Shown in pieces: positions 37,361 through 46,403 of a DNA stretch of 64,000 nucleotides (its first letter is position 1; each line of letters begins with the position of its first letter). A program made the translations under genes and the position numbers. The stretch spans positions 12,601 through 76,600 of the forward strand of contig JAUYLJ010000027.1 of assembly GCA_030699685.1 (NCBI GenBank), read 5' to 3'. The notes beneath the pieces were generated by a model, which saw only the letters and a program-made list of their open reading frames with translations, was not told where the DNA came from and made no database searches. The stretch comes from a bacterium (GTDB taxonomy: Bacteria > Patescibacteriota > Patescibacteriia > JAHIZJ01).

Positions 37361-38041
37361 CTATACGCAATTATACGCCGGGTCATCATTAGTATTGTAG
37401 CACAGACAGAATGGAGGGTCGCCCCCACGCAGTTCATAATAGAGCGGGTGAGTGCCCATGTCATTTTCCGCCACCTCAGGAGTGGCTTCAATCCGGCAAT
37501 GCATCAAATAACTCTGTACGTTACCATTCGCAAATTCCGTTGGATCAACGACGTAGCGGCAGTTATGCGGAGAGTCGTAATTTTCAAATTCTCCCAGAGG
37601 GTCGAAGAAAACTCCACCGTGCAAATATTCGGGCGATAAGTATCCCTCAAGAAATCCGTATGAGTTGGAATTTTCGTATCGCAAATCGCCACTGAGATAG
37701 ATAATTCCTCCGCAACTCCCGTCCGGCTGGATATGCGCGTATCGGAAGTCCCAGCGTCTATCGCCCCACTCGCCCTCCGCGGCATCTCCTGGATATTTTT
37801 CGTTATTGTAATAATAGAGCTCGATTGCGGTCCGGTAAGAATCGAAGGTGCCCACACGGTAGGCGTCCCTGGCTCTGGCGCGCGTATTGCCCAAAGTGAT
37901 CAGCGCCAAAGTGGAAAGCAGGCTGATAATCGAAATCACCACCAGCAACTCAATCAGGGTAAATCCTTTGACCGGGGTGAATGATTGGTAAATGTTTTTT
38001 TGTGGCACGCGATTAGTCACTCCTATGGCCTCGGCATACAA
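37361..38041 (-). CDS. type IV pilin/pseudopilin (true start possibly GTG near 38008)
   Basis: KGFTLIELLVVISIISLLS prepilin motif, ARARDA. Confidence 0.9.
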   Translation of the reverse strand: MYAEAIGVTNRVPQKNIYQSFTPVKGFTLIELLVVISIISLLSTLALITLGNTRARARDAYRVGTFDSYRTAIELYYYNNEKYPGDAAEGEWGDRRWDFRYAHIQPDGSCGGIIYLSGDLRYENSNSYGFLEGYLSPEYLHGGVFFDPLGEFENYDSPHNCRYVVDPTEFANGNVQSYLMHCRIEATPEVAENDMGTHPLYYELRGGDPPFCLCYNTNDDPAYNCV

Positions 38042-38722
38042 TCATACATCGAGTCGTCATTTGTATTGTAACAAAGGCAAAAAGGCGGATCTCCGCCAGT
38101 CAGTTCATAATAGAGGGGATGCCTCCCCATGTCGTTTTCCGCTAATTCGAAAGATTCTTCGAGCCGACAATGCATCAAGTACTTCTGAACGTTTCCTTCA
38201 TCATACCCCACTCCATTGTTTTCTCGATCGGGATCCTGACCTACATATTCCTCCACTACATAGCGGCAGTTATGAGGCGTATCCAAGCCGGGAATCATCA
38301 AAGGGTCTTCAAACACACCCCCACGTATATAATCAGGTGAAAGGTAGACTTCGAGAAAACCGTGAGAGGTGCTGTTTTCGTATCGAAGGTCGGGGCCATA
38401 AAATTCGGGAGAGCCGCAGGATCCATCTGCTTGGGGAGTGCCGTAGTGGAATTCTCCACGATCTCTTCCGAATGGCCCAATAGACTGATCACCCGGGTAT
38501 CTTCCATTGTCATAATAGTACGTCTCGATAGCCGACCGGTATGCGTCAAAGCTTGCTACTCGGTAAGCGTCTCGAGCTCTGGCGCGCGTATCTCCGAGAG
38601 TAATCAAAGCCAAAGTGGAAAGCAGGCTGATGATCGAAATGACTACTAGCAACTCAATCAGGGTAAAACCTGGAATACGTTTTGAGAGCCAAGATAGTTT
38701 CGATTTCCCCCTCGACATCATA
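38023..38722 (-). CDS. type IV pilin/pseudopilin, tandem paralog; start approximate
   Basis: GFTLIELLVVISIISLLS; TATACT lies just upstream of the ATG codons near 38720. Confidence 0.9.
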
Positions 38723-39092
38723 TAGACAGTATACTCCAGATAAAAAAATAAAAACACCCAGCAATAGGGTGTTTTTAATACCAACTTTTCTGGCCGGTCG
38801 AGGTAATGAGATAATGCCTCGCGAACGCGGGGTCAGCTGCAGTACATGATGCGCTTTGAGGAGACCCCGCCAAGGCGGGGAAAAAACGATCAGATCATAC
38901 AGCTGAATTCAAACCTCGAACCGGCCGGAAAAAATGGTTTCCGAAATCTTCTTCCAAGCACTTCATCGTACCGATGCAGCTCTTGGGAAAAGGTCCGAAT
39001 CCGCGCGTCCCACCAGTCGTTACCAGGGAACCGCGGATTCGGATTGTCGGCGAGATCATCGATACAAGGATCGAATTACCCGCCAGACGCCA

Positions 39093-39209
39093 TCACTTAC
39101 TCCACCTTCTTTCGTTCCGCCTGGAGATGAGCCAGGCGGCCAGAACGATGAGAGCGAGTGGCGCCCCGAAGAGCACCGCCGGGTGCAGGGAAGAAATCAA
39201 CTCACTCAT
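39093..39209 (-). CDS. 38-aa single-TM small protein (MSELISSLHPAVLFGAPLALIVLAAWLISRR...)
   Basis: GGGAGG SD, hydrophobic helix and basic tail. Confidence 0.5.
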   Translation of the reverse strand: MSELISSLHPAVLFGAPLALIVLAAWLISRRNERRWSK

Positions 39210-39212
39210 GTT

Positions 39213-39302
39213 CTACCTCCCATCTTGCATCAGCCGGTACCGTTTCCACCCGCCATAGCCGGTGAAATCGAAGAACACGATCTGTACGGCCAGCTGGGCC
39301 AT
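39213..39302 (-). CDS. 29-aa small protein (MAQLAVQIVFFDFTGYGGWKRYRLMQDGR)
   Basis: AGGAGGT SD at correct spacing. Confidence 0.45.
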   Translation of the reverse strand: MAQLAVQIVFFDFTGYGGWKRYRLMQDGR

Positions 39303-39339
39303 CAGTCACCTCCTGTTCTCAACTGGATCCCGTAACTGC

Positions 39340-39750
39340 CTAAAAGTCCGACACGGACTCGCGGGTTCCTTCATCATCGTAGCTCATCCCCAATGTACGA
39401 ACCTCGCTTGGAGACAGAAGGGAATACACAACATAGCCTGCAGTCACGTGCTGGAAAGTTTCCAGCAGTGAAAACACCCGTCGTCCGTGGCGTCGCATCA
39501 TTTCCGCGTGGTGCGAACAAAGGACCGCCACATCACCATCAAGCTCATCCCGGCTGATGTTGTACATCTCGCTCGCCGGAGCGAGATGCTTGCAACCGCG
39601 AATAGCACACTGGAATTGAGTGATAGTGTTCGGACCGCAAGCGGCCCGGATGCTGCACAACTTCCAGCCGATTGTACCCTCCGGAATCAATTTGATTCCA
39701 TTGGGTTTGAGAACAAACACGAGCTTGGTCACTACCCGGAGCACAAACAT
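39340..39750 (-). CDS. orphan putative Zn-finger protein
   Basis: AAGGAG SD; CAIRGC...LCSHH. Confidence 0.55.
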   Translation of the reverse strand: MFVLRVVTKLVFVLKPNGIKLIPEGTIGWKLCSIRAACGPNTITQFQCAIRGCKHLAPASEMYNISRDELDGDVAVLCSHHAEMMRRHGRRVFSLLETFQHVTAGYVVYSLLSPSEVRTLGMSYDDEGTRESVSDF

Positions 39751-39927
39751 AGCTGATCTCCTTCCCACTGGGAAGACTGAAGCAAAATCAATCGAATGAA
39801 CTCCTGCTCAATCCATCACCTTGTACGGCGGTGAATTCGGGAGGAGGCCTGTCACGATCTCTTGACTGCCCTGAGGGGCAGGGTATAGTGAAGCACACGG
39901 TAGGAAGTGTCAATGAAGGAAAAAGAA

Positions 39928-40247
39928 TGTCCAAACTTCTCAAAAAGGAATACAAGGGGGTAAGTAATGACCGGTTGGCGCGCATGATCGCGCGGGGCTT
40001 TGTTGACGTGGATAAAAGGTTTGATGAAGTACATGCGGAATTGGCCACCAAAGCCTCGAAAGAGGATGTGCACGGAGTGGAAACTCGGCTGGACAGGGTC
40101 GAAACACGACTAACCGGAGTGGAAACTCGGCTGGATGGAGTAGAAACTCACATCAACGGCCTTGAATTCAAGGTAGACCGAGCGCTCTACTCCGAATACA
40201 CTCATCTAGAACGACGAGTCAGTCGGCTCGAAAAAAAGGCGGGCTAA
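39928..40247 (+). CDS. small coiled-coil heptad-repeat protein
   Basis: VETRLDR/VETRLTG/VETRLDG 21-nt repeats; LARMIARGF motif. Confidence 0.75.
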
Positions 40248-40466
40248 TCTAAATATTCAACGCTGGGTATTACTGTGACATTGCGGTCATGAATTTTGTA
40301 TTTCTCTCCAGAATATTCATGCAATAAATACTCTGGAGAGCCCCGAACCATACGATAGTCCGGGGAAGGTGGAAAGCGGCAGGAACGCTTCCCGGAGGAA
40401 ATAGCGAGGAACTTTTTCAGCCTGCCGACCCGATCACCTGACCGAGCCGCTGAAAAAGGGAGGGGG

Positions 40467-40634
40467 TTACCGCTCAACCCTATAGAACCTGTGGCCGCTC
40501 CACGCCATCAGCGCGAGACCGCCCAGGATACCAAAAAGGCAAGCGCAGGCCGTCAATGGCCCGATCGGCCTGGTCAGCGTGACCAGCGACCCGAGAGTCG
40601 CCAGCTCACCCAGGACCAACAAAATGATGGACAT
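40467..40634 (-). CDS. small two-TM protein
   Basis: TAAGGAGG SD, hydrophobic sequence. Confidence 0.55.
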   Translation of the reverse strand: MSIILLVLGELATLGSLVTLTRPIGPLTACACLFGILGGLALMAWSGHRFYRVER

Positions 40635-40654
40635 GGTGCCCTCCTTACCTGACG

Positions 40655-40870
40655 TTATCGGGTCGGCCGAAGCCTCCCGTTGCCGTAGGTGGTGAAGAAC
40701 CCGATACACACACCTACAAACGCCAGAATCCAGCCAAGTCTGCTGATGACCAACAGCTCCGGCTGGGGTTGACCTGCCACTCCCGTCACAATGACGGCAA
40801 TGACGGTCAGCGCCGAGAATCCCGCATAGGATTTGAACAAGAAGCCCAGAAACTCATTGACCCAACACAT
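40655..40870 (-). CDS. small two-TM protein
   Basis: TAAGGAGG SD, hydrophobic sequence. Confidence 0.55.
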   Translation of the reverse strand: MCWVNEFLGFLFKSYAGFSALTVIAVIVTGVAGQPQPELLVISRLGWILAFVGVCIGFFTTYGNGRLRPTR

Positions 40871-40921
40871 CTTGTATGCCTCCTTACTAACTTCACCAGC
40901 ACCTGCCGAAAGAGTATTACA

Positions 40922-41125
40922 TCAATGACCCGACGCCTCAAGAAGCCGGACCACTTCATCCCAGTTGATCAGAGCAACCACGCCCCCGACCAACCCATAT
41001 GCCCACCAAAGTTTTGTGAAAACCGTGACGGGTGCTGCCCAATGGGCGCACACCATCACAGTCAGTACCATCAGCCCGCTAAACCAAAGGGCTGATTTGA
41101 AAACCCAACCGATAACCATCTTCAT
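40922..41125 (-). CDS. small two-TM protein
   Basis: GAGGAGGAG SD before MKMVIGWVFK. Confidence 0.55.
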   Translation of the reverse strand: MKMVIGWVFKSALWFSGLMVLTVMVCAHWAAPVTVFTKLWWAYGLVGGVVALINWDEVVRLLEASGH

Positions 41126-41299
41126 GTCTCCTCCTCGTGAGGGTAAAACAAAATCTTCCAGCGGGGTAAGAAACCACATCCCAACCTCGAGATTCGAAGT
41201 TCGGACGCTTCCAAAGTCGTTCATCGCCGTATCGATGCAGTACTTTGGAAGTACCCGGCCAGAGTCGCGTGGTGCGAAACTGGCCGGGGCGGAACACTG

Positions 41300-41437
41300 T
41301 CAGCGTACACTCGGCGTTCCGCCAAGACGACGCTGGTGTTCCTCGTGAGTGACGCACGAACAGGTGCCCGTGCGACACTCTTCAGCATACGCAGCCTGGA
41401 GAGCGGCCACTAACGCGATCAATTGTTCCTTGTCCAC
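41300..41437 (-). CDS. 45-aa small protein with CRTGTCSC..H
   Basis: AAGGAG SD and GTG start. Confidence 0.45.
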   Translation of the reverse strand: MDKEQLIALVAALQAAYAEECRTGTCSCVTHEEHQRRLGGTPSVR

Positions 41438-41453
41438 TTCTCGCTCCTTTCTA

Positions 41454-41891
41454 TCACGCTTGCTGTCGGAGGCGCGAGCGGAGGCGTCGGAGCTGAGGTA
41501 CAACCAATAGGTCGTGCTCCAACTCTCGACATCGCCAGCGCGCTTCGGCGCGAAGGCGATCCGCCTCGCGCCGCTCTGACTCCTGGCGCTCCCACTCGAT
41601 CCGCTCCTGCTCTCGCAGAAGCCAAGCCTCGAGGAAGCGCTTGAGCGTGTCCGTCAGACGGAAAGCCCTCTCCGGCCTATGGTCGGAGCAGTAGGGGTAA
41701 AGATCACCCCCGGTCTGCCCGATGTGCGGGCAGAACACACGCCGCGCCACACAGACCTTCCCGCACTGGTAGCAGGCGAAGCTACCAGCGTTGGCATCGC
41801 TCAGGAGTCCACGCACCTCGGCCTCTTTGAAGGCCTTCGGTACGAAAAATCCTCCCTCGGACAAAACCATGATCGAGATAGAGAACAACAT
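41454..41891 (-). CDS. orphan Zn-finger plus coiled-coil protein
   Basis: TAAGGAGG SD; CYQC...YCSDH; ERE-rich tail. Confidence 0.6.
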   Translation of the reverse strand: MLFSISIMVLSEGGFFVPKAFKEAEVRGLLSDANAGSFACYQCGKVCVARRVFCPHIGQTGGDLYPYCSDHRPERAFRLTDTLKRFLEAWLLREQERIEWERQESERREADRLRAEARWRCRELEHDLLVVPQLRRLRSRLRQQA

Positions 41892-42389
41892 GCGTTCCTC
41901 CTTACTGACTTTTCCGGCGTCAGCTGCCGTTGTAGAGAAACCATTTTCTCTCCGCAGCCCTCATCACAAATAATGGTAGTGAAAAGCTTTGGAAGAAAGG
42001 GCGAGGAGGAGGGACCACGTCATTTGCAGCGGGCGCGATTGAGCCGATCGCCGAAGCTGCATGCGTTGGATATACACCCTCACTCCTCGCGTCGTTGTTT
42101 GCGTCCCGATATCTCGATCCGGACGCTCCTAAAATCGTTCTCCGACACAGACTTATTCGACAAGAATCAAGCGAGCTGCAAAATAATAACTTTATGAGAA
42201 CGACTTAAGGAGAATAAATTGTCAACGTTCATGCCGTAAGTGAATCCTCTTTTCAGCGCTCCTCCCAGAATACCGGGGAAACGCTGAAAAGGGAATTCGA
42301 ATCACGCGATGACTCGTCGTCAGCCGCGTCGATCTGGAGGTGAGAATGAACACAGTTATGACCCGGCTATGCCGAATGCTCCGTGTTCT

Positions 42390-42636
42390 ACCAGTTTCTT
42401 ATGAAAATCTTCAGTTCGCACCGAAGACAATCATCTCCGCTGGTTTCCTCCGCCTCCAAGTCGACGCGGATGACTAAGCAAAAGTTCTTAGATAAGGACA
42501 GTGATCTGGAGGAGAGATGGTGGAATCAGTTTGTTCCTTCCGAAGAAGAAAGCTCTGACTCCCACCAGTTTCTTATGAAAGTCTTCAGTTCGCACCGAAG
42601 ACAATCATCTCCACTGGTTTCCTCCGCCTCCAAGTC
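42390..42636. repeat. 73-bp direct repeat pair (42390-42462, 42564-42636)
   Basis: 71/73 identical, 174-nt period, internal hairpin TCTTCAG..CCGAAGA. Confidence 0.9.
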
Positions 42637-42961
42637 AGTGTCCTTGCCCTCGGGTTTGGGGCGACCGGATTCGGTCCAATATATGTTCGTGACCGCCGGT
42701 CATACCGCCCCAAATTCGGGGACAAGCATTGCTGATGAGATTTCTCGACAGTGATCTCTCGACTTCGCTCGAGATTGATTTCCTCGCTCTGCGAGGAAAT
42801 CAAAAAGGTGGTGGCTCGCTATCGTGTTTTCCGTGGAGAAAAAAACACCGTAGCAAACCACCACCTTCATAGGATTGGTGTTTGGAATCGGCGGCCTTTC
42901 TCCTCAGAAAGCCGTTGCGTTGTAATGTGCCTCCGTTTGAAAACTTCCAGCGTAACCGCGC

Positions 42962-42990
42962 ATGATAGCGCACCTGGCAAAACTTGTCAA
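42962..42990 (-). promoter_or_regulatory. sigma70 promoter reading into a structured, mostly non-coding region
   Basis: TTGACA-17-TATCAT. Confidence 0.65.
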
Positions 42991-43212
42991 GACCTCTCTG
43001 GAGTAGTTTCGCTAATATTAGGCAAGATAAATTACTTTTGAGAACTTAAAAAAACGACTACAAAAGGCCAAAATCTAGACCGTGTATCATTCAATATTAA
43101 TGTCGTGATCAGCGCCAGCCGTTTTTCCCTGCGGGCTTGAAGGCTCTGGCTACACACAACAATCCAGCTTTCTCCTCTATACTACCGTTCTGGTTTCCGA
43201 TACAATACACGC

Positions 43213-43644
43213 ATGCCGCCATCAAATAAAAATTTCCACGTCGGATTGAAAGCGATTATTCGTCGTAATTCTGAATTTCTGGGTGTCAAAAACACCCGCA
43301 ACCGCTACTGGACCCTGCCCGGCGGCCGGATCGAGGAACGCGACCTGGATTTGCCGGTAATCGAATGTCTACGCCGGGAGTTGCTCGAGGAGCTTGGTTT
43401 ACGAGCGAAAATTGAAATAGGTAAGGTATTTGACATGATTAAATACAAGACCTCTCCTGACGACCATTCGCCGAATCAAAAAATATTTCTGATATGCTAT
43501 GATTGTCAGTTCGACGGGGGTGAAATTGTGCTCAAAAAAGACGAGCTGGAACAATTTGAATGGCTCGATAAAGAAAACTACAAGCAATATGATTTCGGCG
43601 TACTGCAGAAAACAATTGATCGCTTCGTCGCGGAAAAACTCTAA
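43213..43644 (+). CDS. NUDIX hydrolase
   Basis: LPGGRIEE..CLRRELLEELGL. Confidence 0.9.
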   Translation: MPPSNKNFHVGLKAIIRRNSEFLGVKNTRNRYWTLPGGRIEERDLDLPVIECLRRELLEELGLRAKIEIGKVFDMIKYKTSPDDHSPNQKIFLICYDCQFDGGEIVLKKDELEQFEWLDKENYKQYDFGVLQKTIDRFVAEKL

Positions 43645-43803
43645 CGCTTGCGTATTGTGAAAATAAGAGGCAGTATGAAAAACGTGCCGGGGTGGTGGAA
43701 TGGTAGACACAAGGGACTTACCCCGAACTACGATGAGTTCGGGGTACCCGGTACCCAACGCGGTTCCGGGTAAAATCCTTCAGCACATCACAACAAAAAG
43801 AAT

Positions 43804-43889
43804 GCCGGGGTGGTGGAATGGTAGACACAAGGGACTTAAAATCCCTCGACCACAAGGTCGTGCGAGTTCGAATCTCGCCCCCGGCACCA
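43804..43889 (+). tRNA. tRNA-Leu(TAA)
   Basis: AGGGA-CT-TAA-AA-TCCCT, long variable arm, CCA. Confidence 0.95.
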
Positions 43890-43920
43890 ACAATGACAGC
43901 AGGGAGAGTATGGAGTGTGT

Positions 43921-44196
43921 ATGTACTATGTGTATGTGCTTCGGGGCGTAACACAAGATCGTTACTACATCGGTCGTACCGAGAATCTTCAAAAGAGAAT
44001 CTCGCAACACAAAAAAGGGGAGGTTTGGACAAGCCGTCGACTTGGTGTTTGGCAATTAATGTTTTATGAAGCGTTTCTTGCCAAAGCCGATGCCATTCGC
44101 CGAGAGCGATACCTGAAAACAAGCAAAGGAAGATCTACACTGAATCTCATGCTTAGAGAAAGCTTGCGTCTCGTGGCTTACCCCGAACTACGATGA
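43921..44196 (+). CDS. small GIY-YIG endonuclease
   Basis: [31 protein letters not shown]. Confidence 0.92.
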   Translation: MYYVYVLRGVTQDRYYIGRTENLQKRISQHKKGEVWTSRRLGVWQLMFYEAFLAKADAIRRERYLKTSKGRSTLNLMLRESLRLVAYPELR

Positions 44197-44475
44197 GTTC
44201 GGGGTACCCGGTACCCAACGCGGTACCGGGTAAAATCCCTCGACCACAAGGTCGTGCGAGTTCGAATCTCGCCCCCGGCACCAAAACCTCACTACCGTGA
44301 GAATCCTTATTTTGATCGCAAAAACGTTTCGATGTCTTCCGCCGGGTACCACTAATATATTACCCTGGGCTTGACCGGCAACAAAACAAAATGAACAACA
44401 CCGGACAAAGACCCGTTTTTAGCGCCGCCTAAAAAAGACTGACGAAAAAGATCGGCAGGGTATCTGGCGTTAAAC

Positions 44476-45405
44476 CTATTTACGCTTTGGCGCTTCTTCA
44501 CTCTTCTCCGCCAGCGCGATCGGCATGACGATTTGCAGGGCGATGATGTTCAGCAGAATTTGATTGTTGTAGCTGAAGTCGCGACCTTTGTCTTTTTCGC
44601 CAAGGAAAATCGCTCCTATCACCCGTTCGCCCATAATAAGCGGCGCGGCCAACATTGTTTCTACCGAATACGGCGCGCGCAGGGATTTTTGTTTCCGATA
44701 CATTTCCTTCGTGACCACCACTTCGCGCTTGCTTTTGTAGACCAGGCCGAGAATCGGATCATCTTTCAGTCCAATTTTGAGATTCTTCATGAACTGGTTG
44801 TTTTCGTATCCACGCGCGTCATAAATTTGTATCCGATCCTCGTCGGGGTGGAAGAGGACAAAAGCGGCGCGGTTGGCCTTGATGATCTGTAATATTGTCG
44901 TCAGCACCAAATCAGTCAAATGATCGAGGTCTTCGTACGTTGAGGCAACTTTACTGGTCGTGAAAATCGTCATCAGCTTGTTGTTGGCGTGATGCAAACG
45001 CAAGTCAAGGTTGGCAATAACGTTCGCATATACCTTGCTGACAATTTGGGGGTAGTCTTCGGCCAGCTTGATGAAATCCTTGCCGCGAATTTCAATCAAA
45101 TCGCCTTCTTCCATCACTTCACCATTATGCTGGTGCTTTAACTTGGGTCCGGTCAAGGCGCTTTCCACCGCAAAATTATCCTTGCCTAGAAAAGCGAGGG
45201 TCTGCACTTCATTCTCAAAAACTCGATAGATATGGACTTTACCGCTCAAGACGATAAAAAACGAACGCCGCTGGTCGCCTTGTTCGAAAAGCACCTCGCC
45301 TTTTCTGTATTTCTTGATCGTGATGATCTTCGCCAGCACCTGCAGTTCAGGCGAACTCAAGCCATCGAAGACTCCGATCTTTTCAAGTATTTTTGTATCA
45401 ATCAT
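44476..45405 (-). CDS. cyclic-nucleotide-binding plus GAF domain protein
   Basis: GEVLFEQGD..FFIVLSGKV; LAAPLIMGERVIGAI. Confidence 0.85.
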   Translation of the reverse strand: MIDTKILEKIGVFDGLSSPELQVLAKIITIKKYRKGEVLFEQGDQRRSFFIVLSGKVHIYRVFENEVQTLAFLGKDNFAVESALTGPKLKHQHNGEVMEEGDLIEIRGKDFIKLAEDYPQIVSKVYANVIANLDLRLHHANNKLMTIFTTSKVASTYEDLDHLTDLVLTTILQIIKANRAAFVLFHPDEDRIQIYDARGYENNQFMKNLKIGLKDDPILGLVYKSKREVVVTKEMYRKQKSLRAPYSVETMLAAPLIMGERVIGAIFLGEKDKGRDFSYNNQILLNIIALQIVMPIALAEKSEEAPKRK

Positions 45406-45573
45406 ACTTTGTCTCTTGAGGACAGTATACCATGAATACTGATAAAAATCAATCTCAAAAAACCGAACGATTTGTAATTTCCGATAGTCAAAGCAGCGCT
45501 ACAAATTTTCGACTGTGCTCGAACCAAGATTCCTAACAGGCTCGGTTCTCAACGATGCCCAAATAGTATCAAC

Positions 45574-45763
45574 TATTCTTCGAGCGAACCCTGTACCCGA
45601 GCGTGTACTCACGTGAGTGGTACAGGGGGAAGTCGAGAAGTATGGTTTTTGTTTGTCTCAACCAGGTTCTCGACTCCGCTCGAACAATATTATTGCTAAT
45701 TTTCTTCAAACGGACTTTATACCCGACCCTGTGCCACTCGCGCGAGTACAGGAGGAGTCGAGA
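45574..45763. repeat. nested REP-like palindromic repeats
   Basis: TCGAGCG..AGTCGAGA units interrupted by CCCTGT.C..GTACAGG units. Confidence 0.7.
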
Positions 45764-45818
45764 AAAAAGCCAGGCGAACTGCCTACACTGCCACCCAGTG
45801 TTGTATTTGGAGATTTGA

Positions 45819-46397
45819 TCATTTGTTTTCTTCATGACCAATTGATTTTGCCTTTTTCAAAATCTTTGGCAATTTCTGGAAATCTTCAATCAAAGTCTGC
45901 CGCAATCCGCCATGATACAGCGCGGCCGCCGGATGATACAAAGGCACATACAATCGCCCATGACGTCGGAAGACTTTGCCATGCTCTTGGGAGATTCGAA
46001 AGTCGGCCGGTAAAAACTGGTGCATAGCATGCCGGCCCAGGGTGACAATCAGCGTCGGTTTGATCACGGCGAGCTGCCGTTCGAGATAGGGTAAACAGGC
46101 AATAATCTCTTCCGGCTCGGGGTCGCGGTTGTTCGGCGGACGATGTTTAACTATATTGCCAATAAACACATCTTCTCGTTTCCAAGCTACCGACTCCAGC
46201 ATCTCGTTGAGAAACTTGCCGGCCGCTCCCACGAAAGGTTTTCCCTGTTTATCTTCTTCAGCGCCAGGTCCTTCGCCGATAAAAAACACATCGGCTTTTT
46301 CATTGCCATCACCAGGCACACCATGAGTGGCGTCTTTGAACAAGGGGCATTTGCGGCAATCATGAACCTCTTTCGCGATGTCGTGAAGCGTCTCCAT
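45819..46397 (-). CDS. family 4 uracil-DNA glycosylase
   Basis: CRKCPL, GEGPG, PFVGAAG, RPPNNR, YHPAA. Confidence 0.95.
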   Translation of the reverse strand: METLHDIAKEVHDCRKCPLFKDATHGVPGDGNEKADVFFIGEGPGAEEDKQGKPFVGAAGKFLNEMLESVAWKREDVFIGNIVKHRPPNNRDPEPEEIIACLPYLERQLAVIKPTLIVTLGRHAMHQFLPADFRISQEHGKVFRRHGRLYVPLYHPAAALYHGGLRQTLIEDFQKLPKILKKAKSIGHEENK

Positions 46398-46403
46398 GTT
46401 ACA

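Larger units (their letters stand above)
43686..44283 (+). mobile_element. split tRNA-Leu halves with palindromic direct repeats enclosing an intact tRNA-Leu and a GIY-YIG gene
   Basis: 5' half 43686-43720, 62-bp repeats 43717-43778 and 44177-44238, 3' half 44231-44283. Confidence 0.6.

Noticed and set aside
37361-38784. Diversity-generating retroelement TR/VR pair
   Set aside because: Both copies are full pilin genes, differences are not adenine-specific, and no reverse transcriptase is in the window
42390-42636. CRISPR array
   Set aside because: Only two units, the 73-bp repeat and 101-bp spacer are too long, and there are no cas genes
38800-43000. Prophage or integron
   Set aside because: No integrase, structural genes or clear attC R-box pairs
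43721-43772. Group I intron in tRNA-Leu(UAA)
   Set aside because: The site is similar but the insert is only 52 nt of two simple hairpins, with no recognisable catalytic core
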